Source of the DNA: a virus
Length of the DNA: 64,000 nucleotides
Direction: 5' to 3' (one strand)
IMG/VR virus record: IMGVR_UViG_3300010343_000004
Part shown: piece after piece, positions 62,767 through 64,000 of the stretch
Layout of the letters: every line of letters starts with the position of its first letter
Position numbering within the stretch: the first letter of the stretch is position 1
The notes under the pieces: generated by a model
The model's input: only the letters and a program-made list of their open reading frames with translations
Database searches by the model: none
Told to the model about the DNA's origin: nothing
Translations under genes and position numbers: made by a program

Positions 62767-62999
62767 GCGCACGAAACATCGCAGGCAGGCTCGAGGGTCA
62801 GAAGAAAGCCGGCAAGCAGAAGTACGACGTCTTCCGCACGTCCTGGGGAGAGAAGAGGCTCGTGTCCGGACCCCACGCTTGGCCAGTTGCATGGCGAGAA
62901 GCGGCGAAGCTCAACAAGCAAGCGCGCGAGGACTTCAAGGAAGGTCGGATCATGTACGACGTGCCCGAGTACGTCATCGAGGCGAGGAGCGGACGGTGA
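62763..62999 (+). CDS. leader-bearing protein
   Basis: GTG start MSARNIAGRL. Confidence 0.7.
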   Translation: MSARNIAGRLEGQKKAGKQKYDVFRTSWGEKRLVSGPHAWPVAWREAAKLNKQAREDFKEGRIMYDVPEYVIEARSGR

Positions 63000-64000
63000 G
63001 TTTCAGCTGGCAGACGGAGAGCCTTTACGACGCCTCCTTCGGGGGCTTCGATCTCGGCAACTTCGTGGGCAACGCCGTCAAGTCGGCGGGCAAGGCCATC
63101 GGCGACGTGACGAAGAGCATCGGCGACGCGACGGGCAAGATCGGCGACGAGCTGAAGAAGGTCCCCTTCGTCGGACCGCTGCTCCACGGCGTGTGGGGCG
63201 CGATGGGCGCGCCGTTCGATCTCACCTACCGCATCGCGAAGGGCGAGAGACTCGACCACGCGCTCATCGACCACTTCAAGAACGACATCGCGGACATAAA
63301 AGAGGTCGCGCCCTACGCGAAGATGGTGATTAGCTTCATCCCTGGCGTAGGAACGGCGGTGTCCGCGGCCATCGGAGCCGCGACCGCCATCATCAGCGGT
63401 CAGCCGATCACCAGCATCGTGATGGAAGCCGTGAAGGGTGCGATTCCTGGCGGAGACCTTGCCGGAGGCGCCTTCGACGCGGCCAAGGCCGTCGTCAGCG
63501 GCAAGGACATTGGCGAGGTAGCGGTCGCCGCGCTACCCATTCCCGAGGAGGCCAAAGGTCCCATCAATGGAGCCTTGAAACTCGCCGAATCGGTCGCGTC
63601 CGGCAAACCGCCCGGCGACGCGCTCGTCCAGGCCACGATGGCCGTACTCCCCGCGGACGTCCAGAACACGATGAAGTCTATCGGCGCCGACAAGCTGACG
63701 GGCGCGCTCGCCGATGCCGCGTTCAACGCCGCGACGAAGAAGGGCGTCAAGCCCGAACAAGCCAAGGCGCTACAGATCGGCGTCGCGATGGCGCACGCGC
63801 AGCGCTTGCAGAATGTGACGACGCAGGCGTCGCAGCACCCCCAAACCCTCGCGCAGCTCGCGAAGGACGGCCAGACCGTCGCCGCGCACACGCCGGTCGC
63901 CATAACCGCCAGACGCCTTCTCAACGGCCGAGGTACGGACGGCTTCGACATCGGCCTCGGCCTCATGCAGTACACGGGCGTCAACCAGCACTCCTTTCAG
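62996..64000 (+). CDS. Ala/Gly-rich helical protein, partial (runs off window end; not in track)
   Basis: Open frame MSFSWQTESLYDASFGGFDLG... for 335 codons; hydrophobic FIPGVGTAVSAAIGAATAII. Confidence 0.8.
   Translation, partial: MSFSWQTESLYDASFGGFDLGNFVGNAVKSAGKAIGDVTKSIGDATGKIGDELKKVPFVGPLLHGVWGAMGAPFDLTYRIAKGERLDHALIDHFKNDIADIKEVAPYAKMVISFIPGVGTAVSAAIGAATAIISGQPITSIVMEAVKGAIPGGDLAGGAFDAAKAVVSGKDIGEVAVAALPIPEEAKGPINGALKLAESVASGKPPGDALVQATMAVLPADVQNTMKSIGADKLTGALADAAFNAATKKGVKPEQAKALQIGVAMAHAQRLQNVTTQASQHPQTLAQLAKDGQTVAAHTPVAITARRLLNGRGTDGFDIGLGLMQYTGVNQHSFQ

Noticed and set aside
46750-62999. Leader as a DNA-level repeat such as an integron attC or promoter
   Set aside because: Nucleotides vary at synonymous positions while amino-acid properties are kept, there is no palindromic cassette structure, and many genes are ATGA-coupled.
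1-64000. Genome terminus, inverted terminal repeat, integrase or att site
   Set aside because: Both window edges fall inside ORFs, and no recombinase motif was recognised.

Overview
A continuous, gene-dense, very GC-rich (roughly two-thirds by eye) bacterial virus or phage-plasmid segment. No host housekeeping genes and no genome terminus lie in the window. The left arm (1 to ~25 kb) is minus-strand and early/replication-type. It holds two GT25 glycosyltransferases, a GT-A/sulfotransferase fusion, a Zn-ribbon-ParB fusion, a class II ribonucleotide reductase with a Gln-terminated LAGLIDADG intein, a SAM methyltransferase, a phi29/PRD1-like protein-primed DNA polymerase B next to a basic candidate terminal protein, two SSB-like paralogues, an adenine MTase and small regulators. 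The right arm (25 to 64 kb) is almost all plus-strand. It begins with a Lon-less RadA/Sms, then a virion-like module: three paralogous beta-rich ~120-aa domains (candidate single-jelly-roll capsid proteins) beside a transglutaminase-like Cys protease, two larger beta-rich paralogues, low-complexity G/H/P-rich proteins, several peptidoglycan-binding proteins and a membrane-anchored lysozyme. A TnpB-only IS605-family element follows. No HK97 capsid, portal, terminase or tail genes were recognised, which suggests a large tailless, probably membrane-containing virus (inference). The most striking signal is that more than 30 otherwise unrelated small ORFs, mostly between 46.7 and 63 kb, start with the same basic amphipathic 9-residue leader, [ST]-A-[KR]-x-[VI]-[ATS]-x-[KR]-L, while neighbouring membrane proteins lack it. 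This is a candidate cargo-sorting or capsid-targeting system. All family assignments come from motif recognition by eye; no searches were run. A myxobacterial-type host is only a guess from GC content and lipoprotein style.
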